Below, piece after piece: positions 15,178 through 24,100 of a stretch of 25,208 nt of DNA. Below the pieces are notes generated by a model. It had not been told where the DNA came from and did not search any database. It saw nothing but the letters and a program-made list of their open reading frames with translations. Origin of the DNA: a virus (Duplodnaviria; Caudoviricetes). The translations under genes and the position numbers were made by a program. Each line of letters begins with the position of its first letter. Position 1 is the stretch's first letter. The stretch lies in IMG/VR virus record IMGVR_UViG_3300025084_000201, positions 1 to 25,208 of that record, one strand, 5' to 3'.

Positions 15178-17103
15178 CTATCCCTCACAAGCTATACATT
15201 CAGCATCATCTAATTTAATACGCTGAACTTTTAAGTTTACATTTTCTACACTACGAGCAGCATTAGACCTGAAGTAGTATAGAGATTTAAGTTTGTTCAT
15301 CCCATACCAGTGTACATCATTAACGTACTGCATGTACTCATCGTGTACTTCCTGTGACTCTGTAGCCTTTGGAAGTGTAAAGAAAAGATTAACTGATTGT
15401 GCTTGACAGATAAACTCTTGTCTTTTAGAAGCATGTTCTATAATCCATATCTGATCTATCTCATTAGCAGTTTTAAATATTTCTTTTTCATCATCTGTTA
15501 AGATATCAAGGTGCTGTACTGAACCATCGTTACCTGCAATGTCTTTCCACAATGCAGTCAACTCATCTTTCTTTAAACCTTTATCTTGTAGTATCTCGTC
15601 TAAGTATTTGTTTTTAACTTGGAACGAACCTGAGAGAGTCTTGTGCGTATAAACGTTAGCACGATATGGCTCAATCGAAGGAGAAGTACCGCCACATATG
15701 ATACTAGAACTAGCGTTAGGAGCAACAGCGAGTAGATGAGCATTACGCCTCCCACTACCACTGACATCGGGAGCTTCACCCCTGTCCTCTGCAAGTCTTT
15801 CAGAAGCTCTGGTTGCTTGTGTTTTAAGATATTTAAACGCTTTATGATTGAAGCCCGTAGCATAGATACCTTCAAAAGGTAAGTTGCGTGATTGGAGATA
15901 CGAATGGAATCCCATCGCACCAAGACCCAACGACCTTTCTCGATAAGCCGAGTAGGCAGATTTAGTAAAGCCTTCTTTGCCCGGCTTAATATGTTTTTGA
16001 AACCTTTTAAAGTTTGCATTGTACTCTCCTAAGTTATCTGTATCGACAGCGTTATCAATATAATGTTGAAGCACGTTGTCTAGCATGGTTATTAAATCTT
16101 CAATGAACATAGGGTTTTCTGACCATTCATCAAAGTATTCTAAGTTGACAGAAGATAAACAACATACTGCTGTTCTCTCTTCGTTAGTAGGTAACGTAAT
16201 CTCAGAACAAAGATTGCTCTGTTTGATTTCTAATCCTAAATCTTTTTGTTCTTTAGGTAAAGCTTCGTTACATCTATCTATGTTGACCATGTAAGGCTCA
16301 CCTGTCTCTGCTCTAGCATTAATGATCTGCCACCACAAGTCTCTAGCATTTACAATCTTAGTAGGCTCGTTAGTCTTAGGGTCAATCAATCTAAAGTCTG
16401 CATCTTCTTCAACAGCTTTCAAGAACTCATTGGTAATGTTAATACCATTATGAAGATTAAGATTCTTACGATTAATATCTCCACCTGATTCTTTACGCAT
16501 GTTAATGAACTCTTCAATCTCCGGATGAGATATATCCATGTAAGCTGCATAAGAACCACGTCTTGTTGTGCCTTGATTAAAGGCTAACATCTGAGAATCT
16601 ACGACATGGATGAAAGGAATTGAACCAGTAGAACGACTGCCATGAGTAGTAGAAATACCGTTACTCCTAATATCTCCCCAATATCCACCAATACCTCCGC
16701 CTGAACTCGCCAACCATATATTCTCGTTATAGTGAGCAGATAAACCATCCCTGCTGTCAGGTACATAATTGAGGAAACAGCTAATAGGAAGCCCACGACT
16801 TGTTCCTCCGTTACTAAGTATAGGAGTGCTAAACATGAACCAACAGTTGGAACTGTAGTGATAAAGCCTTTGAGCCAAGTCAAAATCTGTGTGACCTTTG
16901 TAGGTAGCTCCGAAGACTGAGGCTCTGGCAAATGCTTCCTGTGCGTGTGTTTCTTTAACTTCGATTTCCCCATCTTTATTACGTTTCTCCCATAAGTATC
17001 TATCCTTGAGTGTGTCAAGGCTAAACTTATCTAAATTTTTTTCGTTACTATAATTTATTTTTATACCAAGATATTCCTTGATACCTACTTTATCTTCTAT
17101 CAT
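15178..17103 (-). CDS. nrdA: Ribonucleotide reductase class I alpha subunit without ATP cone, 641 aa
   Basis: STPILSNGG, PISCF, GGGIG, SNLCSEI (catalytic Cys/Glu), APNASSS, QAQSVN, KSLYY and C-terminal CIACEG. Confidence 0.96.
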   Translation of the reverse strand: MIEDKVGIKEYLGIKINYSNEKNLDKFSLDTLKDRYLWEKRNKDGEIEVKETHAQEAFARASVFGATYKGHTDFDLAQRLYHYSSNCWFMFSTPILSNGGTSRGLPISCFLNYVPDSRDGLSAHYNENIWLASSGGGIGGYWGDIRSNGISTTHGSRSTGSIPFIHVVDSQMLAFNQGTTRRGSYAAYMDISHPEIEEFINMRKESGGDINRKNLNLHNGINITNEFLKAVEEDADFRLIDPKTNEPTKIVNARDLWWQIINARAETGEPYMVNIDRCNEALPKEQKDLGLEIKQSNLCSEITLPTNEERTAVCCLSSVNLEYFDEWSENPMFIEDLITMLDNVLQHYIDNAVDTDNLGEYNANFKRFQKHIKPGKEGFTKSAYSAYRERSLGLGAMGFHSYLQSRNLPFEGIYATGFNHKAFKYLKTQATRASERLAEDRGEAPDVSGSGRRNAHLLAVAPNASSSIICGGTSPSIEPYRANVYTHKTLSGSFQVKNKYLDEILQDKGLKKDELTALWKDIAGNDGSVQHLDILTDDEKEIFKTANEIDQIWIIEHASKRQEFICQAQSVNLFFTLPKATESQEVHDEYMQYVNDVHWYGMNKLKSLYYFRSNAARSVENVNLKVQRIKLDDAECIACEG

Positions 17104-17378
17104 TATATGTTCTCTTTGTCGTGTACATAAAGCATTATTATAGCATAGTGTAATATTTTAAGCAAGTCTTTTCTGTTCTTTCCTTCTTTATTACCGTAGC
17201 GTTTAGCATACTTCATAATATTACCAAGACTAAAGCCCTCACCATGTCCCGAATCAATAATAACATCGGTAGCCTGATATTTATCGGATGCATAATGCTG
17301 ACTGTATGTAGCATCAATGTATCCTTTAAGCTCTTGTAATAGTTTGTCTTCATTAAATTTGTAATTAGTTTTCTTCAT
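17103..17378 (-). CDS. DUF3310 (T7 gp1.7-like) protein, 91 aa; possible nucleotide kinase
   Basis: QHY...GFSLGNIMKYAKRYGNKEG...DLLKILHY signature. Start moved to the ATG at 17378 (AGGA SD). Confidence 0.75.
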   Translation of the reverse strand: MKKTNYKFNEDKLLQELKGYIDATYSQHYASDKYQATDVIIDSGHGEGFSLGNIMKYAKRYGNKEGKNRKDLLKILHYAIIMLYVHDKENI

Positions 17379-17802
17379 GTTTCCATTCCTTAGGTAAAGT
17401 CTCTTCGCTATACCATGTAAAGTTATTTGTTTCAGCCCATTCAGCATGTGTTCTTTTTGTTCCATCTTTCCTAACCTTGGCTCCCGGCATAGGAGAGAAA
17501 GGCTTTTGAAATAAAAATATTAACTCAGTATTTTTTGGAAGTGCTTTTCTAATATGAATATATTTACTGTACTCAGCGTGGTCCCAAAACCTACCCTTTG
17601 CTTCTAAGAGTATTGTCTTACCCTCTATCTCTCGAACAAAATCAGCTTCGTATTTATGTTCAACAACATATTGTATGACATCCCAATGATGTTTCCAGTC
17701 TTGAAGTATTCCCAAATGAATGTCATACTCCCATCGACTGTCATACCCTTTAGGTACGTTAATCTTTTTAGGTCTAGGTTTTCTAGGTACTCTTCTAGGC
17801 AT
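17365..17802 (-). CDS. T7 endonuclease I-like Holliday junction resolvase, 145 aa
   Basis: YDSRWE, YEADF...LEAKGRF (PD-(D/E)XK core), FLFQ...HAEWAETNNF. Confidence 0.85.
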   Translation of the reverse strand: MPRRVPRKPRPKKINVPKGYDSRWEYDIHLGILQDWKHHWDVIQYVVEHKYEADFVREIEGKTILLEAKGRFWDHAEYSKYIHIRKALPKNTELIFLFQKPFSPMPGAKVRKDGTKRTHAEWAETNNFTWYSEETLPKEWKHEEN

Positions 17803-17960
17803 TAATGAATGCTCCGAGCTTCTCTTGAGTCTACTTCTATTTTAAGAATTGTTGATAAGTCTGTTAAAATATCACTGGGTATAGCATCAATTGGTTCACC
17901 ACTGGCTAACTCGTGTGCAAGTAGTAATAAAATTTTTTCTAATCTATCATTATTTTTCAT
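17802..17960 (-). CDS. Hypothetical protein, 52 aa (not in the ORF track)
   Basis: MKNNDRLEKILLLLAHELASGEPIDAIPSDILTDLSTILKIEVDSREARSIH*. GAGGA SD and TAATG overlap with the endonuclease start. Confidence 0.7.
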   Translation of the reverse strand: MKNNDRLEKILLLLAHELASGEPIDAIPSDILTDLSTILKIEVDSREARSIH

Positions 17961-18219
17961 GTATAATATCCTCGAGAGTTATCTCATTTATTGGTTTAGT
18001 TTTTGAAACCTTTTTAATTTTTTTAACTATCCACTTTAATGAAAAAGAAGAAAGCCGAATCTGATTATTAGCATAAATATGAGTGTCTGTAGGTAGTAAA
18101 TCAAATGCATTTTGTTTATCTATCTTTTCTTTTTCTGAATCAGACACCAAATTTTTAACCCAATCAACCAAGAGTTCTAGTGATTTTTTTCTAATTTTTT
18201 TAGCTCTTTGTGCATTCAT
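17950..18219 (-). CDS. Hypothetical basic protein, 89 aa
   Basis: GGAGGAG SD and ATGA overlap with the exonuclease stop. Confidence 0.65.
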   Translation of the reverse strand: MNAQRAKKIRKKSLELLVDWVKNLVSDSEKEKIDKQNAFDLLPTDTHIYANNQIRLSSFSLKWIVKKIKKVSKTKPINEITLEDIIHEK

Positions 18220-19088
18220 AATATCTCCTCCACGTTTGGAACTTTAACAATATTTGTAAAATAAACTGGTCCTTTGGCATACTTAAAAACTCTTAAACCT
18301 TTACCATTATTACTGTCAGAATGGCACTTATATTTATAAGGACAATAGGTACATTCTTTTGGAAGCTTCATGTTTCCTGCTTTACCTTCGGCTATTGAAG
18401 GATAGCAAAAATCAGGAGGTGTTTTTTTCTTGATAGCTTTTTTTATAGTTTTAATTCTATCTTTAATATTCGGCTTATCTAAATCTTCAGGTCTAAAAAG
18501 AGTTAGTTCTCCAGTTTCTTTATTAATTACTAAGAAACCACCAGCACTGGTTTGTTCTGCTGCTTCATATCCGGCAAGTTGTGCTAGATAACCAAACGTA
18601 TCTTGTTCTGCTAGTGTTCCATCATTAAATTTTTTAAATGCATATCCAGACGCTGACTTAACATCGACAACTTCACCATCAATTTTACAATCCATGTGTC
18701 CTTTAATTCCACTAACAGTTACTTCTTTTTGTTCTGAATCAACACTGTGTCCTGCAAGTCTAACAAAAAATAAAAGTAGAACCTCTAGTAGATGTCCATA
18801 CAAAAATTTAATAAAAGTGCTTGGTTGTAGTTCAGTGTCGGCATCTTTTTCTTCATGCATATCAAACCATAACTGCCTATCAGGTTTTCCAATATTAGAC
18901 ATACGAAGATTATTAGACGTAGCCCTGTTAGCTCCAACAGGAGTAGCCCAGTCGACTAATGCTTGAGTCATATCTTCGCTAAACTTTTCTAAAAGTTTTG
19001 GAGGAATAACAATAGGCTCACCCTTTGAAAGGGATGATATTGTATTATATATATCAGGTACTAAATTGTCAAGCTGTTTCTTTTTCAT
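18216..19088 (-). CDS. PD-(D/E)XK exonuclease (Cas4/RecB-like), 290 aa
   Basis: LRMSNIG, GHLLE, IKGHMDC...VDVKS, QLAGY and CTYCPYKYKC motifs. Confidence 0.85.
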   Translation of the reverse strand: MKKKQLDNLVPDIYNTISSLSKGEPIVIPPKLLEKFSEDMTQALVDWATPVGANRATSNNLRMSNIGKPDRQLWFDMHEEKDADTELQPSTFIKFLYGHLLEVLLLFFVRLAGHSVDSEQKEVTVSGIKGHMDCKIDGEVVDVKSASGYAFKKFNDGTLAEQDTFGYLAQLAGYEAAEQTSAGGFLVINKETGELTLFRPEDLDKPNIKDRIKTIKKAIKKKTPPDFCYPSIAEGKAGNMKLPKECTYCPYKYKCHSDSNNGKGLRVFKYAKGPVYFTNIVKVPNVEEIL

Positions 19089-19620
19089 ATTCTTCCTCAG
19101 TTATACTATCAATTAAACTGATAGCTTTTTTAATAGACAGTTTAAACCATTCACCATTTCTTTCTATAGCTTGTTTGCTACAAAGCTTGTGTGCGTTTGA
19201 TTCAGCAAGTCTTCTGTTTTTAAAGTCTTTATAATATTCAAGTTTATAATCCCGCATAGGCGAAGATGTTTGATATTGGTTACATCTGTCAATTGCTTCT
19301 ATAGCCATACCAACTTTAATCCAGCCTTTCCAAGCAGGGTTTGTAATAATATATACTTGACCTTCTTTACTACTAGAATAGCTAGATAAAGATTGAAACG
19401 CAGCATCTTCAAATGTTTTGTAATGTCCGGGTTTATACAACGGATGAGTTTTACTTATGTACTTACCGTTAACAAACATTCGTTCTGTGTTTCTTTTAGT
19501 ATATTTTTCTAAAGTCGCATAGCATGGAATACATACTTTTTCTTTTCTTTCTTTACGTGAGGGTTGCCAATTATCATCAGTTAATTTAACCCCACACTCG
19601 TTACAATTAATGTGTGTCAC
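19069..19620 (-). CDS. Zn finger plus T5orf172/GIY-YIG family nuclease, 183 aa
   Basis: N-terminal CNEC...CIPC; GQVYII...WIKVG...R...QTSSP...E...H...NGEWF is the T5orf172 pattern. Confidence 0.8.
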   Translation of the reverse strand: MTHINCNECGVKLTDDNWQPSRKERKEKVCIPCYATLEKYTKRNTERMFVNGKYISKTHPLYKPGHYKTFEDAAFQSLSSYSSSKEGQVYIITNPAWKGWIKVGMAIEAIDRCNQYQTSSPMRDYKLEYYKDFKNRRLAESNAHKLCSKQAIERNGEWFKLSIKKAISLIDSITEEEYEKETA

Positions 19621-21391
19621 TCCAGTTTCCTCCTATTTTATATTCACCATCTAACGGACAACGCATGTTAAAATATGTTCCTGCATCTATAATACTTTCA
19701 ACAGCAAGTTGACCAACTCTATTAGCTTGACATTCTTTTACTTCTATTTGCCATTCATCATGAATATTACCTACAAATTTATAATCAAGATTTGCAAGAG
19801 ACAAACGAGTATTCAGTAGTATCAACCCCTTTTTCATTGCTACTGCTCCTCCTCCTTGTAATAAGGTATTTAAAGCAGCGTGTTCATGTCTAACAAATAT
19901 CTTTCTACCATCTAAACCTTTTAAAAATTTTTTCTTTGCTGCTCTATCAACTCGTTCTTTAAGAGTTCTAAGTGTTGGGAGACTACTAAAAAAGCGTTCT
20001 CGCAACTTCTTACCGTCTGCTCTGCTTCCATTAACAATGCTTCCAAGTTTTTCGTCTCCTGCTCCGTATATGAGTGCATAGATGAAAGTTTTTGCCTGAT
20101 CTCTTGATTCAAGTCCAGCAAACTTTTGGTTAGTTGTGTGAATGTCTCCATTGATAATTTCATTTACATACTCCTCGTCAGCCATGTAGTGTGCTAACAT
20201 TCTTAATTCTAATCCACTTGCATCTACACCTACAAGTTTATATCCATCAGGTACTGTCCAACAAGACCTGCACTCTTTACCAAAAGGACTATATACAGCA
20301 GGTACTTGAGCCATGTTTGGGCTTCTGTGTGCCATTCGACCTGTAATAGTACCAGTACAAATAACAGAACCATGAACTCTGCCATCGTTTTTAACAGCAT
20401 CTAACCATGACTCAACTTGAGCAGCTCTTTTTTGTAAGAGTAAAAACTCTGCAATTAATTGAGCTTCTTTAATATGAGATATTTTTTTTAGTGTTCCTTC
20501 ATCAACAATAGGTTGTCCTGTTGGGGTAAATCTTTTAGGCTTCCAACCAAAATCAATTAAGTACTCACCTATTTGTTTTCTACTTCCAAGATTAAATTCT
20601 TGTAGCTCTTGCCTCATGAAAGAGTTCATATCATTAGTCTCTTTCCTTTCTAAATATTCCTCTTCAGTTAAACCTGACTTAGACAGTGTTCCATCTTTTT
20701 TAAGTTTTGGAAACACACGTTTAACATCCACAAGTTTAGGTTTAAAAGTATGATGAACTTCTGTTTCGACTTCTTTTTTTCTTTTATTTAAAGAACTTAA
20801 TAAAAGTGTAGCATTTTTTTCATCAAATAAAAATCCTTGTTGTTCCTGATCTGATAATATCTTACTTGTTTCATGTTCAATTTCTACAGAATCTTTACTA
20901 AATCCTGAACTGTCTGATCTAAGTTTTTCTAAAACTAATTTATTTACTTTTACATCTTGAATACAATAGTCCATCATTTCTTTACTGTAAGATTTAAAAT
21001 CAGGCGAGTCTGACTTAGGGCAGTTGAGTTTCCATCCCCATTTTTCTAGGCTGTGTCCACCTTCTCTTGTCGGGTGTAACAGTCTTGATAGGGTCAAGGT
21101 ATCAAGAACTTTAGCATGTTTATATAAATCAACATGCTTTAGTTTTTTAATTATGGGGAGATCAAAGCCAATGATGTTGTGACCAACTAGAATATCGGCT
21201 GACTTTAGAAACTCAATGCCCTCGTCAATTTGTGTAGGATCAAATGAATATACTTTATTATTTTCATCAATAGCAACAATACACCAAATACTATCAGCAG
21301 CCGGAACTCTTTCCAGTTCCCCTGTTTCTTTATTTTTTGATTCAAATTCCCAAAGCAATCCATTCGTTTCAATATCAAATACTAATTCCAT
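19607..21391 (-). CDS. polA: Family A DNA polymerase with 3'-5' exonuclease (T7 gp5-like), 594 aa
   Basis: Exo I FDIET, Exo II GHNIIGFD, Exo III YCIQD; TGR, motif A DASGLELR, motif B RDQAKTFIYALIYG, motif C IHDE. Confidence 0.96.
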   Translation of the reverse strand: MELVFDIETNGLLWEFESKNKETGELERVPAADSIWCIVAIDENNKVYSFDPTQIDEGIEFLKSADILVGHNIIGFDLPIIKKLKHVDLYKHAKVLDTLTLSRLLHPTREGGHSLEKWGWKLNCPKSDSPDFKSYSKEMMDYCIQDVKVNKLVLEKLRSDSSGFSKDSVEIEHETSKILSDQEQQGFLFDEKNATLLLSSLNKRKKEVETEVHHTFKPKLVDVKRVFPKLKKDGTLSKSGLTEEEYLERKETNDMNSFMRQELQEFNLGSRKQIGEYLIDFGWKPKRFTPTGQPIVDEGTLKKISHIKEAQLIAEFLLLQKRAAQVESWLDAVKNDGRVHGSVICTGTITGRMAHRSPNMAQVPAVYSPFGKECRSCWTVPDGYKLVGVDASGLELRMLAHYMADEEYVNEIINGDIHTTNQKFAGLESRDQAKTFIYALIYGAGDEKLGSIVNGSRADGKKLRERFFSSLPTLRTLKERVDRAAKKKFLKGLDGRKIFVRHEHAALNTLLQGGGAVAMKKGLILLNTRLSLANLDYKFVGNIHDEWQIEVKECQANRVGQLAVESIIDAGTYFNMRCPLDGEYKIGGNWSDTH

Positions 21392-21400
21392 AATGTTATC

Positions 21401-23071
21401 CTAAAAAGAGTTTATAATATCATCTTCAATATTAAATTCATTATCAAATATTTCAGATAATCTTCCTGTATCTTTATCGTAAATTAAAGAAGTTGCCATG
21501 CCTACGTCACCTGTGTATCTTGATTTAAGTACACGAAGTCTTGTAGTCCTTGCTTCTTCTTGATCGTCTGATTGTTGATTACGTTCCAATGCAATCACAC
21601 AATCTGATAGCTGTCCAATGCTGTTAGAGCCACGGAGGTGAGAGAGACTAACTTCAATTCCATTCTCATGTCCTTTGTTACCATCGACTCGTCTGAGGTG
21701 GGATACAAGAATTAAACCTGCACCCGTCTCTTCAACTAAACTTCTAAGTCTAGTCATAATATTATCAATGGCTCGTCTCTCATCACCTTCGGCAAGGGCA
21801 CTCACCAGCATATGTAAATGATCTACGACCACCCACTTACAATCACAACCAACAATTAAATATCTTAACTTTGCAAAGATATCATCTATTTCATTTGTTC
21901 CAAAATGAGCATGTATAAATACTTTATCATCTGCAAAAACTTTATCAAACATAGCAATCAATGTATCTTCATTAAACTTTTCTCTTTCTTGATCAACATA
22001 TAATCTAGCATTTGCTTCAATAGAAAGGACACCATCCACTGTTCTTCTCCAGTCCTCTTCAAGTGCTATGATTCCTACATTATCATTAGTATTTTTTACA
22101 AGCCAATGTTCTAGTTCCCTCGTGATACTAGACTTACCAAGTCCTGTTCCACCTGTAAGAGTTACAAGCTCACCTTGTCTCAAGCCATACAGCTTTTCAT
22201 TTAAACCCTTCCAAGGGTAGGGAACACTTTCCTTTTTCTCACGATTTAAAAAGGCTTTTTGTTTTTCAGAAACACGTATGATACCACTTGGAGTATAGGT
22301 CTTTGCATCCCACCAAGAATTAGTAAATTCTTTATATTTTGATTTGATAAGCATGTCGTTAGCATCTTTGTAACCATTAGGAAGAGTTACAATTTTAGCT
22401 TTTCCCGGCTTAATTATAGTAGCAACCTTTTGAGCTGCTTCTCTACCTTGTTTATCTTTATCAAAACAAATAACAATATTATCAAAACTTTCTACATATT
22501 CTAAATTTTCTTTAATGTCTTTGACTGCTGAAGCTGCTCCTCTAATAATCGACACGACTGCCCACTTACTACCGAGTAGTTCATAGGCAGCCATAGCATC
22601 ACACTCTCCCTCAGTAATCGTTAGATATTTTCCTCCTTCTTTAAATAATTGTTGTCCGAACAGTCCAACACCTGAAGGTGACACATCAAATGAGAACTTT
22701 TTATCACGAACATATCTAACTTTGTTAGCAGTAATTTCATTGTTAATATACAGTGGATAAATGTGTTGTGCTAATTGTCCTGCTTGATCATAAACAACTT
22801 TAACACCATATTTTTCGGCAGTTTCTTTTGAAATATTTCTATCAGAAAGTTTGGCAAAAACACCCCCATGGTGATTTAATTCTCTTACCGTTTCTCTTAC
22901 AACTGGTGATTTTTGTAATGATTCTACTGTATTCTTGCTTTTAAAAGTTGGAAAGAACTCATCGCAACTAAAGCACTTTGCAGAACCATCTTCATTAACA
23001 GACAAGGCATCGCTGCTTTTACAAGCAGGGCAAGGCTGATGATACTTAATAAATTTTAATTGATTTTCCAT
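21401..23071 (-). CDS. T7 gp4-like DNA primase-helicase, 556 aa
   Basis: Zn finger CPAC...CFSC, TOPRIM ITEGECD and FDKD, Walker A GGTGLGKS, Walker B VVVDHL, LRGS...QLSD, KSRYTG. Start moved to the ATG at 23071 because the track start lies inside a terminator. Confidence 0.95.
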   Translation of the reverse strand: MENQLKFIKYHQPCPACKSSDALSVNEDGSAKCFSCDEFFPTFKSKNTVESLQKSPVVRETVRELNHHGGVFAKLSDRNISKETAEKYGVKVVYDQAGQLAQHIYPLYINNEITANKVRYVRDKKFSFDVSPSGVGLFGQQLFKEGGKYLTITEGECDAMAAYELLGSKWAVVSIIRGAASAVKDIKENLEYVESFDNIVICFDKDKQGREAAQKVATIIKPGKAKIVTLPNGYKDANDMLIKSKYKEFTNSWWDAKTYTPSGIIRVSEKQKAFLNREKKESVPYPWKGLNEKLYGLRQGELVTLTGGTGLGKSSITRELEHWLVKNTNDNVGIIALEEDWRRTVDGVLSIEANARLYVDQEREKFNEDTLIAMFDKVFADDKVFIHAHFGTNEIDDIFAKLRYLIVGCDCKWVVVDHLHMLVSALAEGDERRAIDNIMTRLRSLVEETGAGLILVSHLRRVDGNKGHENGIEVSLSHLRGSNSIGQLSDCVIALERNQQSDDQEEARTTRLRVLKSRYTGDVGMATSLIYDKDTGRLSEIFDNEFNIEDDIINSF

Positions 23072-23083
23072 GTTTGACCCTTG

Positions 23084-23116
23084 AAATAAAAAGGCACCCA
23101 TATTGCAGAGTGCCTT
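23084..23116 (-). terminator. Rho-independent terminator
   Basis: Minus strand reads AAGGCACTC-TGCAATAT-GGGTGCCTT (9-bp stem with one G:U pair) followed by TTTATTT. Intergenic. Confidence 0.75.
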
Positions 23117-23128
23117 GGTTAAAAATAA

Positions 23129-23380
23129 CTATTGAGATTCAGTTGTATCTTCTTTCTCAGTAGTCTCTGTCTGCTCTATCTTAGCTTCATCACACTCTAA
23201 AAGTAACTGTTCCAAGTTAGCTCTATGTGTTCGTGAAGCAAAGTCTAAAGCTTCAATAACGACTTGCAAAGTACCTACTTTTTGTACAGTTACAGTAGCT
23301 TCCTGCTTCTTTTGCTCATCGTCAATGTTATTGATGTCGAATAAGTTTTCACCATCTTCATTTCTAATAGTGATAATCAT
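23129..23380 (-). CDS. Acidic hypothetical protein, 83 aa (MIITIRNEDG...)
   Basis: Start moved to the ATG at 23380, 1 nt after the SSB stop, with GGAG upstream. Confidence 0.65.
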   Translation of the reverse strand: MIITIRNEDGENLFDINNIDDEQKKQEATVTVQKVGTLQVVIEALDFASRTHRANLEQLLLECDEAKIEQTETTEKEDTTESQ

Positions 23381-23381
23381 T

Positions 23382-23819
23382 TTAAAATTCTTCTCCACCA
23401 TCAATAGCTTCAAACTCTGCACCATCCCCTGACTTATACTGTACTAAGTCAAGCACTTGCATAGCTTGAAAATCAAGCCCTTTAAAGTTTCCATATTTAT
23501 TCGAAACTTCCCATTCATTATATTGAACTTTAACTCTAGAACCATTGCCTACTAACTCATCCATTGGGACTTTGTTAGCATCTACAAGCGTGGGTGCTTT
23601 GCGAACCATCCCGTTGGGACCATTCACTTTACGTTTAAAGTTTATAGATCGACCAACAACTTCGTCTTGAATCGTTAGATTTTTTACTTTAAATCCACGT
23701 CTTTCAAAGTCATCAGCCACTGAATCCTCAAGCACTAAATCTACTGTATACACAGGCTCAAACTTAGTGTTTGGGGTTGTTACACTAGCCCAATAGGCTA
23801 CTCCTTCTTGTATTGCCAT
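23382..23819 (-). CDS. Single-stranded DNA-binding protein (T7 gp2.5-like), 145 aa
   Basis: G.AYWA...PNTKF, VGNGSRVKV, QAMQVLDLVQY, and an acidic tail ending in Phe (DGGEEF). ATG at 23819 with AAGGAGGT SD. Confidence 0.85.
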   Translation of the reverse strand: MAIQEGVAYWASVTTPNTKFEPVYTVDLVLEDSVADDFERRGFKVKNLTIQDEVVGRSINFKRKVNGPNGMVRKAPTLVDANKVPMDELVGNGSRVKVQYNEWEVSNKYGNFKGLDFQAMQVLDLVQYKSGDGAEFEAIDGGEEF

Positions 23820-23855
23820 ATAAATACCTCCTTGGTTTGGCGTTTTGTGAAAACA

Positions 23856-23884
23856 ATTATACACTAATCACTTGAGGATGTCAA
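23856..23884 (-). promoter_or_regulatory. Perfect-consensus sigma70 promoter for ssb
   Basis: Minus strand TTGACA (23884-23879), 17-nt spacer, TATAAT (23861-23856). Confidence 0.9.
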
Positions 23885-24089
23885 GCAATATGTCTTTCAT
23901 TGTTATGTGTGTTGTATCAAATAAAGTTACAATAAATTTTTCACCTTCTTTTTTAATCTCGTAAGGTATTTTATTCTCATAAAATTCTTTATAATTTTTT
24001 GTAATATATTCATCAAACTTTCTTAATTGTTTCTTGTCAAAAATAGCTGTGGTTTCTTCTTCTAACATTCTCTGATATAAATAATTCAT
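23868..24089 (-). CDS. Hypothetical protein, 73 aa
   Basis: TAAGGAG SD; tightly packed between neighbours. Confidence 0.65.
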   Translation of the reverse strand: MNYLYQRMLEEETTAIFDKKQLRKFDEYITKNYKEFYENKIPYEIKKEGEKFIVTLFDTTHITMKDILLDILK

Positions 24090-24100
24090 AAAGCTCCTTA

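Noticed and set aside
15600-17018. Two 139-aa same-strand alternative-frame ORFs and one + strand ORF inside nrdA
   Set aside because: NrdA is intact with all motifs. The products are L/V/I-rich frame-shift shadows, and there is no sign of an intron, intein or frameshift.
18216-19088. Cas4-like nuclease as evidence of a CRISPR system
   Set aside because: No repeat-spacer array or other cas genes are visible; such exonucleases are ordinary in phage replication modules.
19607-21391. Assignment to HMO-2011-type phages
   Set aside because: The polymerase lacks the DnaJ-like CxxCxGxG insertion characteristic of that group.
17809-21404. ORFs at 17809-18006, 18694-18966, 19025-19234, 19921-20163 and 21216-21404
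   Set aside because: They overlap well-supported minus-strand genes; the 17.8-17.96 kb gap is better explained by the 52-aa minus-strand gene.
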